Shown piece by piece: positions 41,491 to 57,900 of a stretch of 64,000 nucleotides of DNA. The notes below the pieces were generated by a model, which was given only the letters and a program-made list of their open reading frames with translations, did no database searches and was not told where the DNA came from. The translations under genes were made by a program, and so were the position numbers. Origin of the DNA: the human T2T-CHM13v2.0 reference genome, Homo sapiens; assembly GCF_009914755.1 (NCBI RefSeq), contig NC_060944.1. One strand, written 5' to 3'. How positions within the stretch are numbered: position 1 is the stretch's first letter; every line of letters begins with the position of its first letter.

Positions 41491-42808
41491 AGCAAAGGGC
41501 AGATACAAATGGTGGACTGCAGGGAAAGAGCTTGCTATGATGATAGGAAGCTGCAGGCAGAGATGATCTCAGGGTTAACTGGGCATCAACTGTGCCTTCT
41601 CCTGTCACATAAAATGTGATCTACCTGAGTTTTGACTGGAAGCACAGAATATCTGGTTGTTCATAAATATTTCTTACTGAAGCTTGAGGTTTATGTATGT
41701 TATGATCAAAAGATGATATCACCCCAATATATAAGCAGGTTGGGGTACAACAGGGAATGATTGTCACAGATGTTGAGAGTCTACATTGAATGGATGGTGT
41801 CACTGGCTTCCCATATATTTCTCATTATGGACTTTAACTTTTCATTTGCCACATGAAAGGCCACTGAGATAAGCTAAATCATATTTTTCTCTTGGGGATC
41901 TCTGTTACTGAGAAATTTTTGCATTCTGGGCTACACTGGGTTCATAATCTGACTATATATATATCGTGTGTATGTTTGTTCCTTCCCTAAAATGCTCAGT
42001 TCAGCTGCAGGTCTAGAGACAAATACTACTAGGTTTCCATTTTAGAGAGTTGAAGATCTGAGGTCTGGAGAAGTTAGTGTGTAGAAAGTTATATTTAACA
42101 AGTGGCAAGACCATGTGGCCAGGTCAGATAAGCTGCCTTCAGATTTTACTCTTAAACTTCTACTGGATAATGTCTTTTTTTAATAGAAAAGAAAAGAGTG
42201 AACTTAGATTTTTTTTCAAAATCATGGACTGTAAGAGTTCTTTCAAGATATGATGGAAAGCAATAATTGTCCCATTTTACATTACCTATAATTATTGCTC
42301 ACCAGAAATTGATTATCGATGCAGCAACCTTTTACATTCCTCACTGCTTTACTATGCATGAGGGGGCTTCACTGTAAATAAGAGGTCCAAGATTCAGAAA
42401 TATCTTTAACTTGCAATGCTTGGTCACATGTATCCATCTGAAAAATATTTTGCTCATTAGCCATATGGACTCATATGGCAGACTACAGCCAGAGACACAA
42501 AATGTGGAAAGAAGAAAGGGCTATCAGAAGTCCCGTGTCTCCTTACATTTTGTATTTCTATTCATATGCATCTAGAATCATAAGGAATTTGAGCAAATGG
42601 GAAATGCAAAGTCCTAATCAAAGCATACCCACATTTCAGTTATCTGCATTATTGCACATTTAAATTTATAATGCATACATAGGATACAATTCAATAGGTA
42701 TAAAAATGTTAAGTAACCTTTTCTCTCATGCACCCCAGTCACTCAGTAGCTCACTTTACAGTCAACATTTTAATTTTGTTGGGCATACTTTCATAAATTT
42801 TCTCTCTA

Positions 42809-43192
<384 letters not shown>

Positions 43193-43204
43193 ATTTTTTT
43201 CTCT

Positions 43205-43525
43205 TTAAAATAAATTTTATTGTATATATTTAAGCTACACATATGGTGTTATAGAATACATATACATAGTAAAAATTCATTACTATAGTGAAGCAAATTA
43301 CCATATCTATCACAGATACACACATTTTTTCTTGTGGCAAGGGAAGGTAAAATCTTATTTAGCATGAATCCCATATACAGTACAATTTTATTACCTATAG
43401 TCCTCATGTTGTATATAGATGTATAGGATTGTTCATCTGACATATCTGCTACTGTGTATCTCTGACCCACATGTCCTTATTTCCTCCCTTCCTCTCTACC
43501 TGATAACTACTCTGTTGTTCTCTAT
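43205..43525 (-). mobile_element. L1MA-type 3' end
   Basis: ttttattgtatatatttaag...tactatagtgaagcaaatta...tatagtcctcatgttgta. Confidence 0.75.
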
Positions 43526-43606
43526 TTTTATTTTTTTTAGGCAGAGTCTCACTGTGTTACCTCCCAAAAGTGCTGAGATTATAGGCGTGAGCCACCGCAC
43601 TTGGTT
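43525..43606 (-). mobile_element. Alu remnant with large internal deletion
   Basis: agagtctcactgtgtta joined directly to cctcccaaaagtgctgagattataggcgtgagccaccgc. Confidence 0.8.
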
Positions 43607-43950
43607 GCTTTCACCATTTCAGATAGAACTTGGAGAAGAACCTGAGGAAAAACATGACTTTAAAATTTGGATGAATGGAGAAATCTCTTTCCATTCACCT
43701 TCCTTTCCTCTATTTCATTCTTATTGTGAAATATGCAAACAAAGATAGGGATACATCAGTTATTAAATAAACATCTGTGTGATACCTATCCAGGTGAAGA
43801 ACTAGAGCACTATCACCACCAAGAAGTCCTCTGTTTGCCCCTAACTGATCCTAAAGTCTTCCTTCCCTTGTTAGTAACAGATATAACAGATACCCACATT
43901 ACCTGTGGATGTCTGCGTTTCTCTCCTTGGTTCTCTTTATAATTTTATTA

Positions 43951-43966
43951 TTTATTTTTTTCTTTC

Positions 43967-44003
<37 letters not shown>

Positions 44004-44238
44004 TAGAGATGGAGCCTTGCTCTGTCACCCAGGCTGGAGTGTAGTGGCATGATCTTGACTCATTGCAACCTCCAACTCCCGGATTCAAGTGATTCTCATG
44101 CCTAAACCTCCCGAATAGCTGGGATTACAGGCATGGGCTATATGCCACCACGCCTGGCTAATTTTTGTATTTTTAGTAGAGACGGGGTTTTACATGTTGG
44201 TCAGGCTGGTCTCGAATTCCTGACCTCAGTGCCTGGCC
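43951..44238 (-). mobile_element. AluS with left-arm deletion
   Basis: Antisense Alu; cctgacctcag joined directly to tgcctggcc. Confidence 0.9.
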
Positions 44239-44409
44239 TTATTATGCATTTTTTAGAAGCCTAAAGTCAAGTCTGGTTTTGCCTGGTTTTTCTCTTACAT
44301 AATTGGAGTAAAAGTCTGTATCCTGCTGCCTCTGGCTCCTTTTACCCAATATTAAGTATTTAATATTTACACTTAGCATTGTTTCTGCATTCTATTAAAA
44401 CAGTACACC

Positions 44410-45334
<925 letters not shown>

Positions 45335-45823
45335 ACAGTACACCAGTGTGTAACCCTTCATTGTTGGTAGACATGTGGGTTGTGTTCATTTTTGCCAGTT
45401 ACAAATGATGCTGTTGTGAACATTTGTGTATTTCTATTTGTTTACCATTAGTGTGTATAGTGTGTATAGTGAACAGTATAAAACAAGAGGTGAAACCATA
45501 GGTTACAGGGGAAACATATCTTCCATTTTACTAGCTATTATTGGTTTCATCCCAATGTTAACACACCAACTGACAGTCTTACAATGTCTGATACTTCCCA
45601 AATCTTCGCATTCTTCTTGATACTTAATTTTGTCAAAATTTTAATTTGAGTCTTTTGGTGGGTATGTGGAAATGATTGTGATATTAATTTACTAGGCCTT
45701 TTCTTCTCTGTAACTAGCCCTGTCAAGATATATGTGTGGTGTGGGAGGGGTAGGAGCCCCCAGAGGTAGCATGGGCTCTGGAAACCTTAATCATTCTATG
45801 TGAAAAACTTGGTGGGGCAGAGA

Positions 45824-46125
<302 letters not shown>

Positions 46126-46234
46126 CTGTTTTCATTTTATTAATTGGCTGATTCATTCACACACATAATTATCAAGTCAAATCTCACTGTTTCCTTAGCA
46201 TTTATCTTCAGTTTAGCTTAGAAAATCTATTCCT

Positions 46235-46451
<217 letters not shown>

Positions 46452-46567
46452 TCAGTCTGTTTTGACTATACCTTAAAGAATTCAGTAAATATAACTTCAA
46501 TCCTACACACTATTAGTCAATGTACCTAACACAATTTATTGAATAAACCAGTCCATTCCCAACATCA

Positions 46568-46753
46568 TTCTACTAAAAATACAAAAAACAGTAACCAGGC
46601 AGGTGGCAGGCACCTGTAGTCCCAGCTACTCAGGATGCTGAGGCAGGAGAATGGTGTGAACCCAGGAGGTGGAGCTTGCAGTGAACCTACATCACACCAC
46701 TGCACTCCAGCCTGGGCAACAGAGCAAGACTCCATCTCAAAAAAAAAAAAAAA
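46568..46753 (+). mobile_element. 5'-truncated AluY-type
   Basis: tctactaaaaatacaaaaaa...gaatggtgtgaacc...ggagcttgcagtg with A tail. Confidence 0.88.
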
Positions 46754-46779
46754 GTAATTATATTTCCCAACGTAAATGA

Positions 46780-47002
46780 ATAGAGCCATTAAGGAAAATA
46801 ACATGGAGATTCATCAGAAATTAAAAATAGAATTACTATATGTTCCAGCAATCCCACCTGTGTGTGTATAGCGAAAGGAATTGAAATCAGCATACTGAAG
46901 AGATAACTGCACTACCATATTCACTGCAGCATTATCCATAATAGCTAAGATATGAAAGTAACCTAGGAGGCCAGCATAGGATGAATGGATAAAGAAAATA
47001 TG

Positions 47003-47041
<39 letters not shown>

Positions 47042-47060
47042 AAGGAACACTATGCACTCT
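46780..47060 (+). mobile_element. L1MA-type ORF2 end with (CA)n
   Basis: aaaaatagaattactatatgttccagcaatcccac...ttcactgcagcattat; (CA)n at 47005-47039. Confidence 0.8.
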
Positions 47061-47063
47061 TCA

Positions 47064-47708
<645 letters not shown>

Positions 47709-48239
47709 TGAAGTACTGTAAAATACTGCTGAGAATACAGATCACTAATATCATCATCATAGAGCACAAAACAAGTTCTGGTATTATTAAGAAAATCATA
47801 GCTCTGACTAAAACATACATGGAAAACACATTCTATTAGAAATTAAATTATACTAATACTATTGACAATCACTTTTATAGCTGTCACTGTAAACTCAAAG
47901 ACAAGAAATAAATTCATCACCAGAAAATGTAAAACAAGTGCTTAGCCTTACTGCTGAGAAGTCTGTAGTTGCCTTTTACTGAACGACACCTCAGTTCTTG
48001 GGATAAAGTTTGAAACAGCAACTGGAAGGACAGCTTTAACTTTAAAATGGTTTTATTTTTAGGGTTGTCATGTTATAAAAGCTATTCTCACATAGCTAAG
48101 CTGTTGGAAAGAGACAGGTTTTGTGAAGGTTTTTCATCAGGTGTTTCATGTTGTCCTCACTGCAACCTCAAACAATGGCAAATGATTCCTAAGCCACTGT
48201 AATGCTAACTCAGCTGATTAATAAAATTCTGTTTCTTTA

Positions 48240-49427
<1,188 letters not shown>

Positions 49428-49857
49428 TGTTAAAAGAAGAACTTCAGCTGAATTAAATTTAAAGAAGTTCAATTCAGCTATCAACAATTCATGAATAGGG
49501 CAGTCCCTGAAATCACAGCAGATTCAGAGAGATTTCAGCACAGCCACGTGGTGAAAGATTTATAGCCATAAAAAGGGAAATGAGGTACAGAAATTGGAGG
49601 TGAGGTACAGAAACAAGTGAATTGGTTACAGCTTAGCATTTGCCTTAGTTGAATAGAGTTTGAACACTCAGTAGTGTAAGAGTGGTTGAAGTATGGCTGC
49701 TGGGATTGGCCAACACTCAGCTATTGTTACAGGTGCATACTCCTAAGTTAGGTTTTTCAACCTTGTCTACCTATTAAGTTACGTTGCAGTTTGTCCACAA
49801 AGATTCAAATATAGAAGTATGGAGTCCTTCTCAGGCCATATTTAGTGTGTTTTAACA
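49428..49857 (-). mobile_element. MER57A-type 5' LTR
   Basis: TG...CA ends; minus strand reads tgttaaa.cacactaaatatggcctgagaaggactccatacttctatatttg...tttaaatttaattcagctgaagtt...ttttaaca. Confidence 0.88.
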
Positions 49858-50014
49858 CTCTAAAATGTATAAAATCAACCTGAACCCCAACCACCTTGGG
49901 AACATTTTCTCAGGGTCTCCTGAGGAGGGCTGTGTCACAGGCCATGGTCACTCATATTTCACTCAGAATAAATCTCTTCAAATATTTTACAGAGTTTGAC
50001 TCTTTTACTCAACA
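49858..50014 (+). mobile_element. 3' part of MER4-type LTR
   Basis: taaaatgtataaaa...gggctgtgtcacaggccatggtcactcatattt...aataaatctcttcaaatattttacagagtttgactctttt. Confidence 0.85.
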
Positions 50015-50362
50015 CTGTTCAGTAACAAAAGAGAACAAACCATCAAGACACACAGCAACAGACAAATTTCAAAAACTTTACACTGAGTGAAAGAAGGTAG
50101 ACCCAAAGATTACATGTGCTATGGTTTCATTTATATGAAGTTCAAGAACTGGCAGAACTAAATTATGGTGATAGAAACCAAATCACCAGTTGCCTTGTGT
50201 TGCAGCAATACTGACTGGAAAGGGGCATGAGAGAAGTTTATGAGGTGAAAGAAATGTTTTGTGTTCAGATTAAGATGTGTGTCACAGGGGTTTATACCTT
50301 TAATATGTGTATATTTCACTCTATACATTTAATTCCTCATAAAATAAAATAAAATAAAATAA
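50015..50362 (+). mobile_element. L1ME-type 3' fragment
   Basis: ctgagtgaaagaag...catttatatgaagttcaagaactggcagaactaaattatggtgatagaa. Confidence 0.7.
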
Positions 50363-50739
50363 AACTGAAGAGAAGTAAATAAGAGTACAATGTCTTTATG
50401 CTACTCCAAAGAGAAGGTTTGCCTCCAAAAGAGAAGCCCGAGAGGTTTGCTTTGAGCTGTAACAAAAATAAGGTTTCTGAAGAAAGAAGAGATATCAGAC
50501 AAAAAGTGATTTCTCTAGGAATTAAAAAAGAAGCAGAAATAGATAAAGAAAAATTGTTCTTGTGAATTTAGTGCACAGCAAAGTATTATTGTTTTTAGTG
50601 CCGAGTCTCTTTTCCCCTAAAACCTGGATATGCTGTATTCTTTAAGCAAATTTCAAGAAAGAAGTGAAAAATCTCATAGGAAGAGAGAAAGGAAAATCAC
50701 TCTTTGAATATACACTAAAACCTGAATGTACAAATGGTA

Positions 50740-50960
50740 TGTATCAGTGTACCAGGGAAAATGCACAATATACTTAAGTTGTTTAATTTGAATAGAATAT
50801 AATAAAAGAGCAATTTAAAAGCTGTGGATAGTGTATAGATAAACCAAAAGGGATAATTCTGTATGTACCCTGCAACTGTTACCTTCTCTAGGCCTGAAGG
50901 GATGAAGGGCAGTATTAGTTATTGAAACTTGGAGACAAAAATGCCATGTGGAGATAACCA
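50740..50960 (-). mobile_element. LTR33-family fragment
   Basis: tgtatcagtg...ctgttaccttctctaggcctgaagggatgaagg. Confidence 0.5.
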
Positions 50961-51699
50961 CCTTCAAGACAGTGATCCAGGACATTGGTGAGAGATAAAA
51001 GCATATGGCTTAGAGAAGGAAGTTATAGAAAGAAGATTATTAGTGGAGACAAGACAAGTCAGTGGGGAAGGAAAATGTTGAAAACAAAGAGCAGGGAAGA
51101 GGACAATAGTATGTTTGATGAGTCCAGTCAGGCACTGGGGACAGGGAAGTGGGTGTGATTTTGTTTTATTTAACAACAAAATAGATAGAGAAATGAAAGG
51201 CAATGAAGTGCACATGAATAACCTGGTTTCTACTGTGGGCAGCTAGGGTTCAGTCATGCTGGAGACTGTGAAAGATGTAGAACACACCTTTATAATCGGC
51301 CACCTGAAGAATGAAGGAGCCGTGTACATAGTAATTTCCTGATTTTATCTATGGAATAAAGGTTGTACTAATAGCAAAACCCACCGTTAATTTTCCACCA
51401 TCCTAATACCTTGAGCCCTTAACTTCCTGGCATTTCTTGTCTGCTAGGAAGAATACTCAGAGAATGGCCTCAGGCTGAGAGATGTTGAGATAGAAAGCTC
51501 TTTAGAATATAAGAGAACCGTCAACTGAAGTTGCAGGTGATTTCCAGAGCAGCCTTTAGAGGTAGGAGTGAAGAATGCATAGCTTCTGTTACAGATAGTA
51601 ATCAAGATACACAGACTCTTCTGTGGACTTCTAAGGTGCGGGAGTTGATAACTTCTGAAAGCAAAGAAAAATGGCATAAAAATAAAACAGAATGTGATA

Positions 51700-52280
51700 A
51701 GGAATGACTAGAGGATAGGCTGTAGGAAAGAAGGAGAAAGAGGAAAGGTCAGTTTAGGTTCAGTTATTTAAGAAAATCTCTTTGAGGAGTAGGAATTTGA
51801 AACCAGTTCTGCAGAAACCTGGGGGTAGAACATTCCAAACAGAGTAAAATAGAAGAACAAAGACTCAGAGGCAGGCTCAATCTTGGCAATAGGCTCAACC
51901 ATCAGACAAAAAAAAAAAAAAAGCGGAATAATGAGGAGATACAGAATGATCAGAGATGAAATGGGAGAGGGGTTCAGATTACATGAATTTTATAGGACTT
52001 GGTGATTTAGATTTTATTCCAGTATGTTGAGAATCCACAGATCATTTTAAGCAAAAAAAAAAAAAAAATGGCATGATCTCATTTATATTTTAGAAGTCAG
52101 TTGGGTTTCTCTGTATAATATGGATTTTTATGGGGCAAGAAGGAAGGGAGTTGTTACAGGTACTTGAGAAGAAAGATGATGTTTGCTTGACTAGGTCGGT
52201 AGCAATAGAGATGGGAAAAAGCAAGCAGATGAGACTCACTTTTGGATCTTTAGTTCACCTAACGTGTTGATACATTGGAG
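51700..52280 (-). mobile_element. L2 fragment
   Basis: aatctctttgaggag...gaacattccaaacagag...tagattttattcc...catgatctcatttatattttaga. Confidence 0.65.
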
Positions 52281-53859
52281 CATAAAAGATAAATACTTTA
52301 CTTTTCATCCTTAAAAGGCAGAAAAATATAGAGGCAAAAAATGGAAAGTTGGAAGTTTAGGAAATGTGGTTTCTGACTTGACCTTAAACTGTTCCAGCTG
52401 TATATGATCTCAGGGCGATCATGCAGCTGTTTTGGCTGTGGCTTCTTCATTTCTGAAATGGCATTAATAATAACATTCCTGTAGCTGAGGTGTTAAAGAA
52501 TAAAACTATAGAGGTAAAGCAGTCTTGAAAATTTCAATGTAATACCTAAATTTAAGGTATTATAGGGATGCCCTAAGTTGCTTTTAAAAAATGCTATGTT
52601 ATTACATGCTACTCTTTGATAAACTTTTATTTGTGATAATTAATGTAATTAGTGTGCTAACTTTCTACAGTGGCACCCTGGGGCAATCGTGCAACAGTTG
52701 TAATTTTAAAAGTTGGGCAAATAAGTAAATGTCAATCTGTAATAAAATCCAAATGAGTCTTTGATGAATGTTGATGGTGACTGGTAATTTACCTGATAAA
52801 ATATTGTGACTGCCCAGTTACCTTGGAATAGCTGATTTCTCAAAGTAATTACCATGTTCTGCATAGTGAAGTGTCATTAGAGAAAATCTTAACACACAGT
52901 GATCATTTTTAATTTGGTGATTTAAATATCATACTGATTAATGAAATAGTAGCATTTTAATTCAGACTGTTAAGTCAGAAGAGAGAGACATGTTTATCAC
53001 ATACTATAGAGTGCACTGTTGTGTAATAATCACTCATTTCTTACCTGTTTTTAACTACCGTTTAAAAAATATCATTCCTTCTAATAAAGATAAAGTCTTA
53101 TTGGATTAAAAGTTAAAAAGCAATTGGACCCAGTCTCCTACCTAGAACCTTATTGCTGTTAAGTCTAGGACATCTTTGAGAAACCATCTTTACCTTGCTG
53201 TTTTCTGAGAGTCGTATGTTATGATTTCACTAGATCTGCAAACAAACAACAGAGACATACTACTGGTATGGTATTCTAACATTTGACATGACATTGTTCA
53301 TCAAATTATTAACTTTTGGTTAACTGTGTGTTTCTTTGTTTGCTTTGCTTTCCAAGAATATGTTTCACAGATACTATTAGTTCAAGAAAGCTGGGGAAAA
53401 GAAAAAATAATAAAGGTTAAGATCCTGACTAGGGAATGAATTAGAGAAAGCCAAAGTAATTGCCTGGAAAAGATATGTGGGAGGTTGGGTCAAGTTTCAA
53501 GGTTCAGAAGTAGACTTCGAGATAAGCATTTTTCTGGATATTTGGAATTATCTCCTAAAGATATTATTCTTTGAAATATGACCAAAAACATATAGCCAAA
53601 CATCAATTTTGTTTTGGCAAATCCAGTCCAAGAAAATAAGTTATCTAAAGGCTCAGAAGTGCTTTGTCCTAGTTCTTTCTCAGGCTTCTTAATCAATACT
53701 CACAACTCTGTACCAATTATTGGTAAGTAATATATATAGATTACCAGAGACTGCAGTTTCTGCCAGTGTGTCTGAATTAACCCTTTCAGTGTTTTGTGAA
53801 CTTCAGTTGTAAAATATTAGCAGAATATAAAATAATTTTAATTTTTTAAAATTTTAAAG

Positions 53860-54720
53860 TAGGGAAACATTTGAGCAAACACTTCACCAAAGAAGATATG
53901 CAAATGGCCGGTAAGCATATGAAATTATCAACATTATTATTCACTAGAAAAATGTAAATTAAATCCACAATGAGATGCCCCTACACATATAAATAAATTG
54001 GCTAAAATTTAAAACTTATAGACAACTGAAAGCATCAAGTGATAGTGAGGATGTGGACCACAAAACTCGCAGTTTGCTAGCAGGGATGCAAAATGATACA
54101 GCAACTTTGGAAAACAGTTTGGCAGTTTCTTATCATTTTAAACATTCTCTTACATACAACCCAGAAAGTCCTCTATTAAGAATTTACCCCCAAAAAAGGG
54201 AGCAAGGGAAGTTCATGTAAATCCCTATATGCAAATTATTCACAATACCTTAAACCTAGAAACAACTCAAATGTACATCAATCAGCTAGTGATAAACAAA
54301 GTTTTCTATATAGAGATAGTAGGTTAATATTAGCAATTTAAAAAGAAGAAACTTAAAATCCATGAAAGAACATAATTTTGCAAAAGACATGAAAGGCAAT
54401 ACACTGTTTCATTCCATTTATATGATATTCTGGTAAAGGCAAAAGTATAGAGACAAATCAGATCAGTGGTTGCCAGGGTATATAAGTAGGGGTTGGAGAC
54501 TTAATACAAAGGAAATTGAGGGAATTTATGGGGGTGATGGGAGTATTCTGTATATTGATTGCAGTGGTAGTTATATGATTATATACATTAATCAATAATG
54601 ATCAAACTGTATATCTAAGAAGGGTAAAGTCTAATGAATGTAATTTATCAATAATCATCAAACTGGATGTCTAAGAAGAGTAAATTCTAATGAATGTAAA
54701 TTATACATCAATACATGTGA
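53860..54720 (+). mobile_element. Old L1 (MC/MD/ME) 3' region
   Basis: cacttcaccaaagaagatatgcaaatggcc...caactttggaaaacagtttggcagtttctt...gatcagtggttgccaggg. Confidence 0.85.
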
Positions 54721-54729
54721 TTTTTTTAA

Positions 54730-57700
54730 ATTTATTTAAGGATATTATGAACAAATTTTGGCAAGAATTTGAAAATTTAGAAAAAAGTGGACAAATTCCA
54801 AGAAAAATACTACTTACTAAAGCAGACACTGGAAAAAAACAAAATATGAGTAATCTGATTTACATTAATGAAATTAAATATTTAACATATTCAATTTTGG
54901 AATAGTCCATGCCAGGATTTGCCTGCAAATTCTTCTAAAGATTTAATAAAGGAATAGTAATTCTTTTATAACACTTAGAGTTCTATAACACTTAGTTTCT
55001 GTAATTGCAGAAACCCTTTCCAACACACTTTATGATGGCCACATTATCTTGATAAGAACTCTTACAGGGCAGTACATGAAAGAAAAACACAATCCAGGCT
55101 TCATATACAAATTGAAGTAAAAATCTTATGCAAATTTTTTAAACAAATTCAGTAGCATATTTTAAAAGTTTAATGTAGACTAACAAACTTCCTTTAATTC
55201 CAGAAATGTAAGGATGTTTTAACGTTAAAAAATCAATGAGTAAACTTTTTTGATTTTGATAATTATACTTTGGTTATAGGGAGATGTCCTTTTTTTAGAA
55301 AGTCAAATTGATTCATTTGGGGGTATGTATTAATCCGTTTTCATGCTGCTGATAAAGATAAACCCAAGACTGGGCAATTTACAAAAGAAAAGAGGTTTAA
55401 TAGACTCACAGTCCCATGTGGCTAGGGAAGCCTCACAATCACGGCAGAAGGTGAAAGCTGTGTCTCTCATGGTGGCAGACAAGAGAAGAGAGCTTGTGCA
55501 GGGAAATTCCCCTGTATAAAATCATCAGATATTTGAGACTTCTTTGCTATCATGAGAATAGCATGGGAAAGACGTGCCCCCATGATTCAATTACCTCTTA
55601 TTGGGTCCCTCCCACACATGTGGGAATTCAAGATGAGATTTGGGTGGGGACACAGCAAAACCCTAACAGGGTAGAAGGGCAAATTTGACATATTAGTCTT
55701 AAATAATTAAAAAAAGAGAAGAATGAGAGAGGAGGAAAAATCATAAATAAATGGAGCAAAACATAAACAACTGGTGAATCTGAAAATCTCAGTAAAATAC
55801 TTTGTGGTTTCTTATACTTTTCTTGCAACTTTCGTGTTTGAAAGGTTATCCTCCTTCTGCTCAAATTTGCCAAAAACATTTAAAAGTCTATTAGTGCAAT
55901 GTACTACTGAATAAAAAGAAAAACCAGATGATTGTCTAAAATCTCTGATAATAGTATTTTTTAGAATTGAAAACCTCAACAAACTGTAGCATTTTAATTG
56001 ATAAACATAATCTTAAAAAAAAATCTGCAGCAAAATCCTTCATAATGTGAAATGTTAAACATTTTGTCCGCAAGATAAAATATGAGGCTAGATTACTTAT
56101 TATCATTACTCCATCCCACTTTATTCTAATCCATTCATAGCCAGTGCAAGATGGCAAGGAGTAAAGACTAAAGACCAGAAAGGTAAAATGCCACTCCCAT
56201 TTTCATACTATACATTTGTGTTTATGAAATGTCCAAGATAATTTTCTACTTATTAGAATTAATATCACAGTTTTGTGTGGTTTCTGATACAAGATCAATA
56301 TTTTAAAAAGTGTATTTCTTTACACAATAAATAGAAGATTAAAATATAAAAAGATACCCCTTTGAACAGCATCAAAACATCAAATACTTGAGATAAATTT
56401 AATTAAATATATGCAAAATCTCTACAGAACTATATAACTTTATTGAGTAATATTGAATGAAACCTAAATAAATCAAGAGATAGAATGTGTTCATAAATTG
56501 AAAACTTAAATTTATAAAGATGTCCATTTTCCTAAATTCATCTGTTGATTACAATATCAATCATAGTTCCAAGAGGCTTCTTTATCTTCAAAAATTGACA
56601 TGTGAATTCTAGAATTTAGGTGACAATGCAAAAGGCTAAGAACAGCTAACATCTCAAAAAAGAACAAAGTACTTACAGTCCCAGATATCAAGGCTATAAT
56701 ATAAACCATAGTAATGAAGAAAGGTAAATATCACAAGCATAGATAGACAAATAGTATAGAATCTTGTATCGGTATGGAAAAAGAAATCTAGATTTTTACC
56801 TCACCTCATTCACAAAACCATTTCATTCATGCAGATCTAAACAGGAATGGAAAAGCAATAATTGTATAAGATAATAAAGAATATCTTCAGGGCCTGGGAA
56901 GACAAAGGTTTCTTAAGCAGGATATGAAAAACATTAATGATTTCAACTGTATTAAAATTAAAAAGAGTTTTCTTCTCTAAAAAGGCACCAATAAGAGAGC
57001 AAAAGCAAGTGAAACTAGATTATTTGTGGTTTATATAATTGACAAATGGCTTATATGCAGAATACATAAAAATTCGAACAATAAGAAGAGAGACCACCCA
57101 ATAGGAATATGGGCGATATTTTGAAAAAGCAGTTTACAAAAGAGATTATACAAATATCTAATAAACGTTTTAAAGGACGTCCAACCTCACTTGTCCTTAA
57201 ATAATAATTAAGTCCATCGGGAGAAATACTATACATTCACCAGAAAAGTTAAAAGATAGAAAATAATTTAAAGTGTTGATGTGGTTTTGAAGCAACTGGA
57301 AATCTCTTATGCTATCAGGATGAATTTTGAACAACCACTTTGGAAACAAGTTTCATATTATCTACAACATTTGAACACATGCGTCCTATATGATCCAAGA
57401 ATTTCTTTTCTGGGTATGCATTCAACAGAATTGTAAGCACATATGCAGTAATAGAAACTTATAACAATGTTCACAAATGGATTATTTAGCCACAGAAGGA
57501 AAGCAATGTCTAGCAAGACAGGAAAGAATAAATAGTGGTGTATGAATAGATTGTACTACTTTACATCTATCAAAATGAATATGATAAAGATACACACAAT
57601 AACATATGTGAATCTTGATCATAATTTTGAACAAGAGGAACAAATACAAACACATTCTGTATTACTCTATTTATAGGGGGTAAATTATTCTTTGCCATTT

Positions 57701-57900
57701 GACATCAGGAGAGTGGTTACATTTTGGGAGAAGGGAGAGGGAAATAATGTGGTTGGGGCATGAGGAGCCTCCTATGTGTCCTTTGAGTGTTTCTTGACCC
57801 AGGTTGATAGTTTCATGGGTGTGTTCACTCTGAACTAATTCCTTGAGCTATACAATTACGATTTGCACAATTCAATTATATTATATTTCAGTGGAAGCTT
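54730..57900 (+). mobile_element. Highly decayed L1ME ORF2-3'UTR with nested inserts
   Basis: Collinear decayed ORF2 motifs (gatacaagatcaatat, acctaaataaat, aaaattgaca...aattcta, caaccactttggaaac). Confidence 0.7.
55326..55668 (-). mobile_element. THE1B-type solo LTR (MaLR)
   Basis: tgtattaatccgttttcatgctgctgataaaga...aagatgagatttgggtggggacacagc; perfect 5-bp TSD GGGTA at 55321 and 55669. Confidence 0.93.
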
